A model generated the notes under the pieces. The model ran no database searches, was not told the DNA's origin, and was given only the letters and a program-made list of their open reading frames with translations. Source: Gammaproteobacteria bacterium (GTDB taxonomy: Bacteria; Pseudomonadota; Gammaproteobacteria; Magnimaribacterales; TMED112). Taken from it: a stretch of 64,000 nt of DNA. A program made the position numbers and the translations under genes. Below are positions 1 through 10,006 of this stretch, piece after piece. The stretch spans positions 12,390 to 76,389 of the forward strand of contig JBJLJD010000006.1 in NCBI GenBank assembly GCA_045563435.1, in the 5' to 3' direction. Every line of letters begins with the position of its first letter. The stretch's first letter is position 1.

Positions 1-391
1 CGTATGCCTCAAGAGCAGCCTTTGATGGTGAAATGCTAGCATGAAACGGTAAGCCAATACTTGCAGCAACAGTTGAAATGAACACAACGCTAGCCCCATC
101 TGCTTCCTTTAATTTGCCAATCAATTTTTTTACTACTTTCACAGCACCAAGAAAATTAATATCTAAATCATTCTGATAATCTTGTTCTTTAAGCATTGTG
201 AAAGGCTTTAAATTTATGGTTCCAGGAAAATAAACTAGTCCATTTATATCTTCTAACTCATCTAGCTCTGAAAGATCTCCAGAAATATCAAAACCATTTG
301 ATCTTGTGAAACAAACAAATTCTCTATTTGATTGGTTTTGAAGAGATTTTGCTATGGCTGAACTAGAACCTATTAAAACTATTCTTGACAT
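1..391 (-). CDS. Rossmann-fold SDR-superfamily oxidoreductase, N-terminal part only (C-terminus runs off the window start)
   Basis: Not in the ORF track because the window edge truncates it. Reverse-strand translation from ATG (391-389) reads MSRIVLIGSSSAIAKSL...FISTVAASIGLPFHASISPSKAALEAY. It has a Gly/Ser-rich dinucleotide-binding start and an SKAAL segment typical of SDRs. The usual YxxxK Tyr position reads Ile. Confidence 0.5.
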   Translation of the reverse strand, partial: MSRIVLIGSSSAIAKSLQNQSNREFVCFTRSNGFDISGDLSELDELEDINGLVYFPGTINLKPFTMLKEQDYQNDLDINFLGAVKVVKKLIGKLKEADGASVVFISTVAASIGLPFHASISPSKAALEAY

Positions 392-406
392 AATTTATAT
401 GTAGGG

Positions 407-2629
407 TCAATCCATCAAAGATCCATCATCAAAGATAAGTTCATTAACTTCTTCCGTGATGAATGGAGCAAAAGGGTGCATTAAAATAAGGATTTTCTTG
501 AGCATAGGGTGCAAATTAGCTGTTTCTCCTGAAGTTTTACAATCTTCGATATATTTATCGCAAAACTTGCCCCAAAAAAACTCATAAACTTCGTTCATTG
601 CAAAATCTAAACGATATTCTTCGATATTTTTTGTGATTTGTTTCCTAACATCATTAAACTCTTTCTCTATCCATTTATCTGCATCATTTTTAGCTTCAAA
701 TTTATCCTGTTCTTTTGGGTAATTATTGATAAATCTCGCTGCATTCCAAATCTTATTGCAAAAATTTCTATAACCCTTAAGCCTACCCAATTCAAAACTT
801 ATATCTCTTGTGTGAGTTGCAAGAGAGAAAAAAGTCATTCGAACAGCATCACTGCCATAAGATTCAATACCATTTGGAAATTGTTTTCTGGTTTTTCTTT
901 CAATCTTTTCAGCCAAACCTTCCTGCATTAAATTGGAGGTCCTTTTTTTAAGTAAATCATCAAGCTCAATGCCATAAATTAAATCCAAAGGATCAATGAT
1001 ATTTCCTTTAGATTTAGACATTTTTTGACCATTTTCATCTCTTATCAATCCGGTTACATACACGTTTTTAAATGGTATTTGTCCAGTGAACTCTAAACTC
1101 ATCATCATCATTCTTGCTACCCAAAAAAAGATAATGTCAAACCCAGTAACCAGTAAAGATGTAGGAAAGTGAGTTTTAAATGTTGTTGTTTCTTGTGGCC
1201 AACCCAAAGAGCCAAAAGGCCATAGTGAAGATGAAAACCAAGTATCTAAGACATCTTCATCTTGAGTAAGTCTTCTATCATCAAGTTTATAAAATTCTCT
1301 AACTTCTTTCTCATCATAACCAACATAAACATTACCTTCATCATCATGCCATGCAGGTATCCTGTGTCCCCACCAAATTTGCCTGCTTATGCACCAATCT
1401 TGAATATTATCCATCCAGTTGAAGTATGTTTTAATCCAATTTTCAGGGTGGAAGACTACTTCTTTCTTATTGACGGCGTCATTTGCTTTAGCAGCCATCT
1501 CTTTAGTTTTTACATACCATTGAAAACTCAATCTAGGTTCAATAACCATATTTGATCTTTCACCACGTGGCACACTTATCACATGCTTTTCCTCTTTCGC
1601 TAAAAGATTCTGTTCTTTTAGTTTTTCTAAAACGACTTTCCTTACTTTGAACCTATCTAGATTTGCAAAATCTTTCGGCACCTCATCATTCGTAAAAGCC
1701 TCATCAGTGAATATGTTTATTGGTTCAAATTGTTCAGCATCTTCAGAGATCTCAACAGTATCGGATACCTGATGGAGAGCATATTTTTTTCCAATCTCAT
1801 AATCATTAAAATCATGTCCTGGTGTAATTTTTAAACAACCTGTCCCAAACTCCATATCAACATAATCATCACCAAGAATTGGGATTTTTCTGCCAACAAA
1901 AGGAAGCTCAACATACTTTCCAATTAGCTTTTGATAGCGCTTGTCTTTGGGATTCACAGCAACAGCCATATCCCCAAACATTGTTTCAGGTCTTGTTGTG
2001 GCAACGGTTACTTTTTCTGAGGAGTCAACAAGAGGATAATCAATATGCCAAATTACACCCTCCTTTTCTTGTCGTACAACTTCAAGATCGGAAACTGCAG
2101 TCTTGAGAATTGGGTCCCAGTTTACCAGCCTATATCCCCGATATATTTTTTTAGATCTATATAATTCTACAAAAGCTTTGTTTACCGTTTCACAAAATTC
2201 ATCATCAAATGTGAATCTGTATTTATCCCACTCAACAGTGCAACCGAGCCGCTTAATTTGTGAAGTAATCTTATCTTCAGAAAAATCTTTCCATTTCCAA
2301 ATTTCTTCTAAAAACTTATCTCGACCTAAATCATTTTTAGTTTTTCCCTCATTTGCTAAATTATTTTCAACAACCATTTGGGTTGCAATGCCAGCATGAT
2401 CCGACCCTACTTGCCAATATGAATTTGTTCCATTCATATGGTGATATCTGGTATAGAAATCCATAATGGCATACTGAAAACTATGCCCCATATGCAAGGT
2501 ACCTGTTACATTGGGTGGTGGGATGACTTGTGAAAAGCTGTTTTTATGGTTGGTTTTATCCAGTGTTCTCTCTGACCAAATCTTAGACCATTTTTCTTCA
2601 ATTTCTAAAGGATAATACTTCGCTTCCAC
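407..2629 (-). CDS. valS: valyl-tRNA synthetase, short form (740 aa)
   Basis: PPPNVTGTLHMGH (HIGH region), KMSKSKGN (KMSKS), WCISRQIWWGHRIPAW and TRPETMFGD all match ValRS. Conserved pepA-holC-valS synteny supports the call. Confidence 0.95.
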   Translation of the reverse strand: MEAKYYPLEIEEKWSKIWSERTLDKTNHKNSFSQVIPPPNVTGTLHMGHSFQYAIMDFYTRYHHMNGTNSYWQVGSDHAGIATQMVVENNLANEGKTKNDLGRDKFLEEIWKWKDFSEDKITSQIKRLGCTVEWDKYRFTFDDEFCETVNKAFVELYRSKKIYRGYRLVNWDPILKTAVSDLEVVRQEKEGVIWHIDYPLVDSSEKVTVATTRPETMFGDMAVAVNPKDKRYQKLIGKYVELPFVGRKIPILGDDYVDMEFGTGCLKITPGHDFNDYEIGKKYALHQVSDTVEISEDAEQFEPINIFTDEAFTNDEVPKDFANLDRFKVRKVVLEKLKEQNLLAKEEKHVISVPRGERSNMVIEPRLSFQWYVKTKEMAAKANDAVNKKEVVFHPENWIKTYFNWMDNIQDWCISRQIWWGHRIPAWHDDEGNVYVGYDEKEVREFYKLDDRRLTQDEDVLDTWFSSSLWPFGSLGWPQETTTFKTHFPTSLLVTGFDIIFFWVARMMMMSLEFTGQIPFKNVYVTGLIRDENGQKMSKSKGNIIDPLDLIYGIELDDLLKKRTSNLMQEGLAEKIERKTRKQFPNGIESYGSDAVRMTFFSLATHTRDISFELGRLKGYRNFCNKIWNAARFINNYPKEQDKFEAKNDADKWIEKEFNDVRKQITKNIEEYRLDFAMNEVYEFFWGKFCDKYIEDCKTSGETANLHPMLKKILILMHPFAPFITEEVNELIFDDGSLMD

Positions 2630-3027
2630 TAAATTTTCTCGTGCTTAACCTCTATGTTAGCCTTTTGAAGTTTTGAATAAAGCTCTCTAGAAGTTTTAAG
2701 AATATTATTATCAGCTTCAGTGGTGTATATGAAAGCTGAAAGAAAATTGTCTTCACTTAAATTAATTTCTGAACTTAATACATGTGCGGCGTCAAATGAC
2801 TTATCTCCAATCTCTCCATTAACTTGAACATTTTTGCTATAGAGAAATTCAAGATTATTAGTCTCATGAAATTTTTTTCTTTTTAAATCTTCAAATTTAG
2901 CTAATAGATTATTATCGAGATTCAAAAAAACTTTATTGCCTATTTGAAAATTCGAATGAATGTTCTCCAACATAAAATCAAGAGCTTCAGAAGTATCTGA
3001 AAAACCTGAAAAAAAAGTTGCTTGCAT
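2629..3027 (-). CDS. holC: DNA polymerase III chi subunit (probable)
   Basis: A 132-aa ORF lies exactly between pepA and valS, as in E. coli. The N-terminus MQATFF resembles the E. coli HolC start (NATFY). It overlaps both neighbours by 1 nt. Sequence similarity is weak, so the call is mainly by synteny and size. Confidence 0.6.
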   Translation of the reverse strand: MQATFFSGFSDTSEALDFMLENIHSNFQIGNKVFLNLDNNLLAKFEDLKRKKFHETNNLEFLYSKNVQVNGEIGDKSFDAAHVLSSEINLSEDNFLSAFIYTTEADNNILKTSRELYSKLQKANIEVKHEKI

Positions 3028-4499
3028 TAAAAATTACTTTTTACGTACTCAAACAATAAGCCTACAGGAACACCTGTTGAGCCTTTAGCTTTTCCTTCTC
3101 CAATATCAGCTACACCGGCTATATCAATGTGTGCCCATCTATAATCTTTTGTAAATCTAGATAAGAAACATGCTCCTTCGATTGTTCCAGCTGCTCTTCC
3201 TGGAGCGATATTAGCAATATCAGCAAAGTTTGAATCTAAATATGTTTGATACTCATCCCACATAGGTAATTGCCAAGCCTTTTCACCAGTGGTTTGTCCA
3301 GCTTCAAGTATCTCATCAACTAGCTTTTGATCATTACCCATTACACCAGCAGCAACTGAACCCAATGCTACAACTACAGCACCAGTAAGGGTTGCAGTAT
3401 TAATAACAACTTTAGGATCATATTTTCCAACGTAGGTTAAAGCATCAGAAAGTACTAGTCTTCCTTCAGCATCAGTATTAAGAATCTCAACAGTTTGCCC
3501 TGACATGCTTGTGACAACATCACCAGGTTTTGTAGCTTTACTTCCTGGCATATTCTCAGAAAGTGCAACTGTACAAACTAAATTTACTGGAAGTTTTGAT
3601 TTAGCAACGGCACACATTGTTCCAATTACAGATCCTGCACCAGACATATCCCATTTCATTTCATCCATTTTTTGTGGAGGTTTTAAGCTAATCCCCCCTG
3701 TATCAAAAGTTACACCTTTTCCAACAAGAACAATTGGCTTAGCTCCCTTTTTACCACCTTTATACTGCATAGTTACCAATTTAGCTGGTTCAATACTTCC
3801 TCTTGAAACTGACAGTAGACAACCCATGCCAAGTTTTTTCATGTCTTTTTCTTCTAATATTTCAACAGAAAAACCGCCGATATCTTTAGCTAGACCCTTT
3901 ACAGCTTTTGCAATATAAGCAGGAGTTGCATGATTTGCTGGTCTATCTCCTAAGTTTCTTGCAGTATTAGCCCCAGAGCCAACATTATATCCAAGTTCAA
4001 CAACTCTCTTTTGTGCTGAAGTGGCATTTTCTACAGCTAGCGAAACATTTTTCAGAATTAATTCTTTTTTGGTATTTGGATTTGTATCTGTGTACCTATA
4101 GCTAACTTTTTCAGCAGTTTTAGCTAAATCAAAAAGGAAATTATCATCTTTAGAAAGATGACTTGTATCAACATAAATTACGGCATTCTCTACAGCATAT
4201 TTATCTAAATTTGCAAACAAACCTTTCATCCAAGAGTATTTCTTGTAATCAGATTTATCTTTACTGAAGTCTCTTAATACTAAAAAATCTCCTTTAAGTC
4301 CTGTAAGTTCTTTACTTAAAAAAAGCGAAGACCTTTTTTCGTCTACAAAAAAGTTTGAAACTTTTTTCTTGAGTTCTTTGTCAAATAATTCAGAACTTTT
4401 AAATTCACTCTTTGAATAGAATGTTATTGCAAATTGATTTTTATTAACTTCTGAATACTTTTTTAGCTTAACGCTTTTTAATGCTTTATAGAATTTCAT
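3027..4499 (-). CDS. pepA: leucyl aminopeptidase (M17)
   Basis: [16 protein letters not shown] and [14 protein letters not shown] motifs of the M17 family are present. It is divergent from lptF as in E. coli. Confidence 0.95.
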   Translation of the reverse strand: MKFYKALKSVKLKKYSEVNKNQFAITFYSKSEFKSSELFDKELKKKVSNFFVDEKRSSLFLSKELTGLKGDFLVLRDFSKDKSDYKKYSWMKGLFANLDKYAVENAVIYVDTSHLSKDDNFLFDLAKTAEKVSYRYTDTNPNTKKELILKNVSLAVENATSAQKRVVELGYNVGSGANTARNLGDRPANHATPAYIAKAVKGLAKDIGGFSVEILEEKDMKKLGMGCLLSVSRGSIEPAKLVTMQYKGGKKGAKPIVLVGKGVTFDTGGISLKPPQKMDEMKWDMSGAGSVIGTMCAVAKSKLPVNLVCTVALSENMPGSKATKPGDVVTSMSGQTVEILNTDAEGRLVLSDALTYVGKYDPKVVINTATLTGAVVVALGSVAAGVMGNDQKLVDEILEAGQTTGEKAWQLPMWDEYQTYLDSNFADIANIAPGRAAGTIEGACFLSRFTKDYRWAHIDIAGVADIGEGKAKGSTGVPVGLLFEYVKSNF

Positions 4500-4527
4500 T
4501 TTTTCTCCTTTTTGATATTCTTAAGAG

Positions 4528-5541
4528 GTGATTATTTCACGCTACATCCGTAATGAAATTATAGTAAACATTTGCTGGATTTCTCTAGTACTTTTTGGAT
4601 TAGTTTTATTTTCCCGGTTCAATATTTTCTTGGGGCAAGCTCAAGTAGGGAAGATGTCTTCGGAAATTATCTTCATTGTTCTAGCATTATTTTCACCTGA
4701 ATTGTTAAATATTATTTTTCCCATCAGTGTATTTTTAGGTATAGGTTTTGTGCTGACACCTATTTACAAGAGTAGATATGCCGTTTTAGAGGCAAGTTCT
4801 TTTTCAGTTGGTAAGCTTTTATATGGTCAAAAATTTCTTCTATTGAGTATTTTTTCCTTTTCACTATTTCTTAGTCTCTGGCTTTCTCCATACGCTAAAA
4901 ATGAAGGACAGAAATTAATAGATGTAGACAATAATTTTGCTGCAAAGATTGCAGAACCTAAAGGACTTGTACAAATTCAGAAAGATAAATTTAATGTGTT
5001 TGGAACTAAATCTGAAAATGGATATGAAGATCTTATATTTATAAATTCCGATGATGTTGAAAAATTTATGTATGGTCAATCTGGTTATATTGATGAACAA
5101 AACTTAGTACTAGAAAATGGATTTCTTTACGATAATGAAAATAGAGCAATTTCACGATTTAACATAGCAAGTGTACCTCTTCGAACTTCAACGAGTAAGA
5201 ATTATGTAAGCTTAGTCGAGCTATTCAGAAACATTAATTCAGAAAATTTAAGTGAATTATTTAGCAGATTAACAATTCCAATCTTTTGCTTATTTTCTGC
5301 GATTTTTTCCCTGATTTTTTCTACTTTTAGCAATTTTTTAGGCAGAGAAAAATGTTATTTGATCTTGGCTCTAGTAAATATTTTATACCTGATGTTTGTT
5401 TTGTCCTCTCTCGGCACTTTTTCTACGTCACTTATCGCATTATATTTTGATTATTTCACAGTTCACATCGTCTATTTGTTATTGCTTCTATCATTATTTT
5501 TTAAAAGAACAAAAAGGTTTCTAGGTTATGAAGGTTTATAG
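4528..5541 (+). CDS. lptF: LPS export ABC permease LptF
   Basis: GTG start. The N-terminus MIISRYIRNEI matches the LptF/LptG (YjgP/YjgQ) family start. It is multi-TM, divergent from pepA and followed by lptG. Confidence 0.85.
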   Translation: MIISRYIRNEIIVNICWISLVLFGLVLFSRFNIFLGQAQVGKMSSEIIFIVLALFSPELLNIIFPISVFLGIGFVLTPIYKSRYAVLEASSFSVGKLLYGQKFLLLSIFSFSLFLSLWLSPYAKNEGQKLIDVDNNFAAKIAEPKGLVQIQKDKFNVFGTKSENGYEDLIFINSDDVEKFMYGQSGYIDEQNLVLENGFLYDNENRAISRFNIASVPLRTSTSKNYVSLVELFRNINSENLSELFSRLTIPIFCLFSAIFSLIFSTFSNFLGREKCYLILALVNILYLMFVLSSLGTFSTSLIALYFDYFTVHIVYLLLLLSLFFKRTKRFLGYEGL

Positions 5542-6433
5542 ATACATTTTTTTCAAAGCACTTCTTTCAGTTTTAGGTGTGACTTTAATTATCAGTTTGA
5601 TAGATATATCTTTTAACTTTTTTTCTCAAATAGAGGATATAAGCAGCTCATATTCTTTTAGAGATGTCCTTGTTTTCGTATTCATGAGCCAACCATTTAG
5701 AACTAGAGAGTTTTTATATTTGTGCATAGTAGTGGGATTATTGGCAACTTTTATTGATCAAAGGTTTCTGAGGTCAATTAATGTATTACGGCAGGCAGGA
5801 TTAAAAAAATTCAATTTAGCTTTGTTATTATTTTTTCCTCTAGCCTTAATAAATTTTTCGACATTTGAATTTCTAGTGCCAGATTTAACTCAAGATGCGT
5901 TTGAATTTCGAAAGTCTAAAGTTGAATCAAGCAGTAAAGAGCCTCCCACAGTAATTGAAATTAAAGGAGATGTCCAAAACGGATTTCAAATAGTTTCAGA
6001 GAAAGTTCATGTTAAGTTTGGCACCGATGGATCTGTTAAAAATGATAGTCAAGAAACTGAAAATTTTAAAAATTTGAATTTCAATACAAACTTAAAATAT
6101 CTCACCTTCTCTGAATTATATGCAAGCACTAATACTGCATTCGAAAATTTCAACTTAGTGGTCAAGACCGAATTATTAAGACGTAGCCTTAATTTTATTT
6201 CATATTTTTTTATTTTCTTAGTAGGTTTAGAAATTCTCTTTTCATTCAATAAGGCCCTAAACGCAAACAGAATTTTTGTTTACGGTTTTGGAGCTTGTTT
6301 GTTTTATTCATTTATTGAAAAAATGATCGTAGATTCAATTGATGTTTTTTCTTTACCATACCTTATTCAGGCCTTTCCTATTTTACTCATTCCAATCTAT
6401 TTATTTCTAAGAAGAAGACATTTTTTTAACTAA
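5528..6433 (+). CDS. lptG: LPS export ABC permease LptG (short, 301 aa)
   Basis: The KVYRYIF start, TM pattern and central periplasmic domain are typical of the family. It overlaps lptF by 14 nt. Confidence 0.8.
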   Translation: MKVYRYIFFKALLSVLGVTLIISLIDISFNFFSQIEDISSSYSFRDVLVFVFMSQPFRTREFLYLCIVVGLLATFIDQRFLRSINVLRQAGLKKFNLALLLFFPLALINFSTFEFLVPDLTQDAFEFRKSKVESSSKEPPTVIEIKGDVQNGFQIVSEKVHVKFGTDGSVKNDSQETENFKNLNFNTNLKYLTFSELYASTNTAFENFNLVVKTELLRRSLNFISYFFIFLVGLEILFSFNKALNANRIFVYGFGACLFYSFIEKMIVDSIDVFSLPYLIQAFPILLIPIYLFLRRRHFFN

Positions 6434-6835
6434 TCGAATCTGTAAAATTCTATCGGCAAGACATTTTTTATCCTTATCAAAAAAAATCCAAATAAAATTA
6501 ATTGGCATTGTTCCAAAGAATAATGAAAACCTCTTTAAAGAATCCAGCATTGAAAGCGGAGTTCCGCTATCATTCTCTACATAGTGATTCCAGGTTGCCA
6601 TTCCAAGTGTAGTTCTACCATTTGACCAAAAATATACGTAATAAAAAATAGTCGTAGCAAGTATGACTAAAATTCCCAAAGGAGTATTTGCATAATCGTC
6701 ATTTCCCGAAAAAAGTCTGAAGACAAATAAAACTAAAAATGCATTTAAAAACCAAAATGAAACCACTAGAAATGCGTCATAGGTGAATGACATTAGTCTT
6801 GAAAAAAAGCTGGCTTTGGTAAAGTTTTTATTCAT
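6407..6835 (-). CDS. RDD-family small membrane protein (probable)
   Basis: A 142-aa, 3-TM protein. A gene of this family commonly follows lptG in Pseudomonas-type genomes. The call rests on topology and context only. Confidence 0.45.
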   Translation of the reverse strand: MNKNFTKASFFSRLMSFTYDAFLVVSFWFLNAFLVLFVFRLFSGNDDYANTPLGILVILATTIFYYVYFWSNGRTTLGMATWNHYVENDSGTPLSMLDSLKRFSLFFGTMPINFIWIFFDKDKKCLADRILQIRLVKKMSSS

Positions 6836-6863
6836 TTTATGTTAACGTAGGCAATCATAACTT

Positions 6864-8366
6864 ATGAATCAAGCTCTGCAAAATACCGATACTTTTCTAG
6901 GTCATCCAAAAGGTCTTTTTATATGTTTTCTGACTGAAATGTGGGAGCGTTTTTCATATTACGGAATGCGTGCATTGCTTATTTTATATCTCACAAAGCA
7001 TTGGGAGTTTACTGATACAACTAGTTACTTAATTTATGCTGCTTACACATCGCTGGTTTATATTACACCAGTGCTCGGAGGGATGCTGGCAGATCAAATT
7101 TTGGGTTCAAAAAAAGCTGTAACTTTTGGTGCAATACTTCTAGTGTTTGGCCATTTGGGTATGGCTATTGAAAACAGTGAGCAAATATTTTATTTATCTT
7201 TAGCCCTAATAGTTTCAGGTGTTGGTTATCTGAAACCTAATATTTCAACAATGGTCGGTGCCTTGTACGAAGAGGGAGATTCTAGAAGAGATTCTGGCTT
7301 TACAATTTTTTATATGGGAATAAATATTGGTGCTTTTACAGCTACCCTTTTGTGCGGTTATTTAGGTGAAGAAATAGGATGGGCTTACGGTTTTGGTGCT
7401 GCTGGTATTGGAATGCTTTTTGGTTTAATTATATTTCTTTGGGGGCAGAAATATCTTGCTGGCCTAGCAGAACCACCAACAAACAAATATAGAGAAACTT
7501 TTTATCTAGGTGGCCTTGCTGCAGGAACATATGAAATTTGGGCATATATTGCTGGGGTAGCTATGATCCTTGTGACTTGGTTTTTAGTTCAGAACTCAGC
7601 AATTGTAGGTACATTGTTAGGAGGATTTGGAGCACTTTTCATAGGTGCTTGGTTGCTCTATGCATTATTTAGATGCGAACAAGAAGAGCGAGACAGACTG
7701 ATTGTGGTGGGCATATTGATATTTTTCTCTTTGATATTTTGGGCTCTTTTTGAACAAGCTGGCTCCTCACTAAATATTCTTACAGATAGAGGCGTTGATA
7801 GAGTAATTTTTGGTTGGGAAGTTCCAGCCTCAATGTTCCAAAGTCTTAATGCTGGTTTTATCTTTACAATAGCTCCTCTTTTTGCATTTTTATGGATTGC
7901 ACTTGCAAAAAGAAATATTGAGCCCTCAACACCGGTTAAATTCTCCATAGGAATCTTTTTTGTTGGATTAGGTTTTCTTGCGCTTGTGTATGGAATGGAA
8001 TCTTCAGATGGATTGCAGACTGGCATTATCTGGATAGTTTTAATTTATTTTCTGCACACACTTGGAGAATTATGCCTATCTCCTGTTGGTCTATCATCAG
8101 TAACTAAACTTTCTCCACAAAGAATTGTTGGATTCATGATGGGTATGTGGTTTTTTGCTTCTGCTGCAGGAAATTTTGTTGCAGGTGAAATTGCAAAAGC
8201 AACGGCAACAGACGTTTCTGGTGCTTCACCAGATGTGTATGATCTAGTGCAAAAACAGTCTTTTATGGATGTCTATACAAATGTAGGCTTAATGGCCGTT
8301 GGAGTTGCTTTTGTATTACTTCTTTTATCTCCGCTGCTAAATTCAAGATCGCACGGAATTAAGTAA
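6864..8366 (+). CDS. proton-dependent oligopeptide transporter (POT/PTR2 family, MFS)
   Basis: ERFSYYGMRALLILYL and GGMLADQILG (PTR2 signatures) are present, and the 500-aa protein is polytopic. Confidence 0.9.
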   Translation: MNQALQNTDTFLGHPKGLFICFLTEMWERFSYYGMRALLILYLTKHWEFTDTTSYLIYAAYTSLVYITPVLGGMLADQILGSKKAVTFGAILLVFGHLGMAIENSEQIFYLSLALIVSGVGYLKPNISTMVGALYEEGDSRRDSGFTIFYMGINIGAFTATLLCGYLGEEIGWAYGFGAAGIGMLFGLIIFLWGQKYLAGLAEPPTNKYRETFYLGGLAAGTYEIWAYIAGVAMILVTWFLVQNSAIVGTLLGGFGALFIGAWLLYALFRCEQEERDRLIVVGILIFFSLIFWALFEQAGSSLNILTDRGVDRVIFGWEVPASMFQSLNAGFIFTIAPLFAFLWIALAKRNIEPSTPVKFSIGIFFVGLGFLALVYGMESSDGLQTGIIWIVLIYFLHTLGELCLSPVGLSSVTKLSPQRIVGFMMGMWFFASAAGNFVAGEIAKATATDVSGASPDVYDLVQKQSFMDVYTNVGLMAVGVAFVLLLLSPLLNSRSHGIK

Positions 8367-8390
8367 TTTAAAAAAAATTAGCCCAAAAAA

Positions 8391-9980
8391 TTAATTAGAA
8401 GAATTTATCTTTAGAAAGAACTCTAATTTATTATTCCCACTCTCTTCTGAAGTTTTCATAAAGATAACATCTAAATCAGAATCAATATCAAGATCTATGA
8501 AAACACTCTGTTGATTTTGAAACGGGAGATTTTCAATTCCCAGTTCTAAATCATCAAAGGCTTTAAATTCAAAAACTGTATTTCCCTCATCATCCTGAGA
8601 TTGTTGTTTTTCAAGGATAATAAAGTTTGCAGAATTAGCACCAAAGTTATTAAAGGTAAGAATAATATCACCACCATCAAGATCTTGATCATAGTCTGCA
8701 ATGAGAAGGTTTTTATTTATATTTGAACTACCACTTCTTGTAAAGCTAACATTAGTTCTGTTATCGAAGATATTTACTTCTCCTGTTTCAAAATGTGCAA
8801 GTGTATTTGTATTTGAGAGGTTAAATAAATCCAATGGCTTTTCATCTCCAATCACAAACATGTCTGGGCTTACATCATTATCAAAATTGATTGTTGTTAT
8901 CTCTTTCGTAAGAATTTGATTTTGATATACAGTTGTACCATCCCAACTATTTAAACCACTTGTTCTTGGAACAGTAACAAAAGTACCCTGATTATTTGCA
9001 TCGTATCCAGAGAGCACTAAATCTTGGTTAGCATTATTATCAAAATCAAAAACTGTTAGAGAGCTAAGTGTTAAGTCTTTCACATTTGTATTGTCGTATT
9101 CTATAGCTTCGAAGCTAGGACCATCTGCTGCACCAGCAACAATCCAGTATTCATTTGTATCACCAAGAATGTAGAAATCAGGAATTGCATCAGCACTTCT
9201 ATCAATTTTGCCCATCAATCTAATTTTTGTGCCATTTAAATCAAAATTTGTTTCGTTAGTAATCAAATCAAAATTTTGTGAAAGCCCAACAAGTTCAGCT
9301 CCAGATAAGATACAAAGTTGATGTGTTCTATCTGAACTCAAAGAATCGTTGGAACCAATCAAGACATCCCAAAAAGTATCATTATTTATGTCAGCTGAGA
9401 TCATTTGTGCTGAAGCTTGACATCCCTCTATTAAAAGTTCCTCTATGTATGGAGCTGGCCCGCCGATAACCTGAAAATATTTCGTACTCTTAAAGCTTGC
9501 GTCATTTTCATCTTTAAATTCAACTGCAAACAATGCATCTCCATTAAAATCTCCATTGAAATCACCCCTTGTGACACTGCTTATACTTGCTTTTTCTGAA
9601 GCTGAAAATGAAATGCTTAAATTAGGTTCTGATTGTGCTGCATATATAAAATGCTCTTTTACAGTTTTACTCACATCTACTGCAACACCCTTATTTATAA
9701 ATTCATTATTTCTTCTGCACTCCATAAGGAAGTTAAAAATACCTCTCCTTTTTATGGCAAAACTTTCAGTTCCACTTAGTGCCTTTTCTCCACTCCAGTA
9801 ACCTTCGCCATAACATTGGCTTGCATTTGATTCCCAAGAAATAGTGAATTCTTCGTTGTATGCAACCTCACCGGAGGATATAGAAATATCTAAGTAGAGT
9901 TCCTCTAATTCGTCCTGTTGTACTCCGCAGGAAGTAAGAAGTATTAATACTATAAAGAATTTTAACAGTTTAGTTTTCAT
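8391..9980 (-). CDS. lipoprotein with an N-terminal Ig-like domain and FG-GAP/VCBS-like repeat propeller
   Basis: Lipobox LLTSC|G. An N-terminal TISWESNASQCYGEGYWSGEK Ig-like module is followed by repeated Asp-rich calcium-loop-like motifs (DFNGDFNGD, DINNDTFWDV, DFDNNANQDLV, NFDNDVSPDM, DYDQDLDGGD, DLDIDSDLDV). Confidence 0.5.
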   Translation of the reverse strand: MKTKLLKFFIVLILLTSCGVQQDELEELYLDISISSGEVAYNEEFTISWESNASQCYGEGYWSGEKALSGTESFAIKRRGIFNFLMECRRNNEFINKGVAVDVSKTVKEHFIYAAQSEPNLSISFSASEKASISSVTRGDFNGDFNGDALFAVEFKDENDASFKSTKYFQVIGGPAPYIEELLIEGCQASAQMISADINNDTFWDVLIGSNDSLSSDRTHQLCILSGAELVGLSQNFDLITNETNFDLNGTKIRLMGKIDRSADAIPDFYILGDTNEYWIVAGAADGPSFEAIEYDNTNVKDLTLSSLTVFDFDNNANQDLVLSGYDANNQGTFVTVPRTSGLNSWDGTTVYQNQILTKEITTINFDNDVSPDMFVIGDEKPLDLFNLSNTNTLAHFETGEVNIFDNRTNVSFTRSGSSNINKNLLIADYDQDLDGGDIILTFNNFGANSANFIILEKQQSQDDEGNTVFEFKAFDDLELGIENLPFQNQQSVFIDLDIDSDLDVIFMKTSEESGNNKLEFFLKINSSN

Positions 9981-10006
9981 TAAATGAATACATTCTATAC
10001 CAAACT

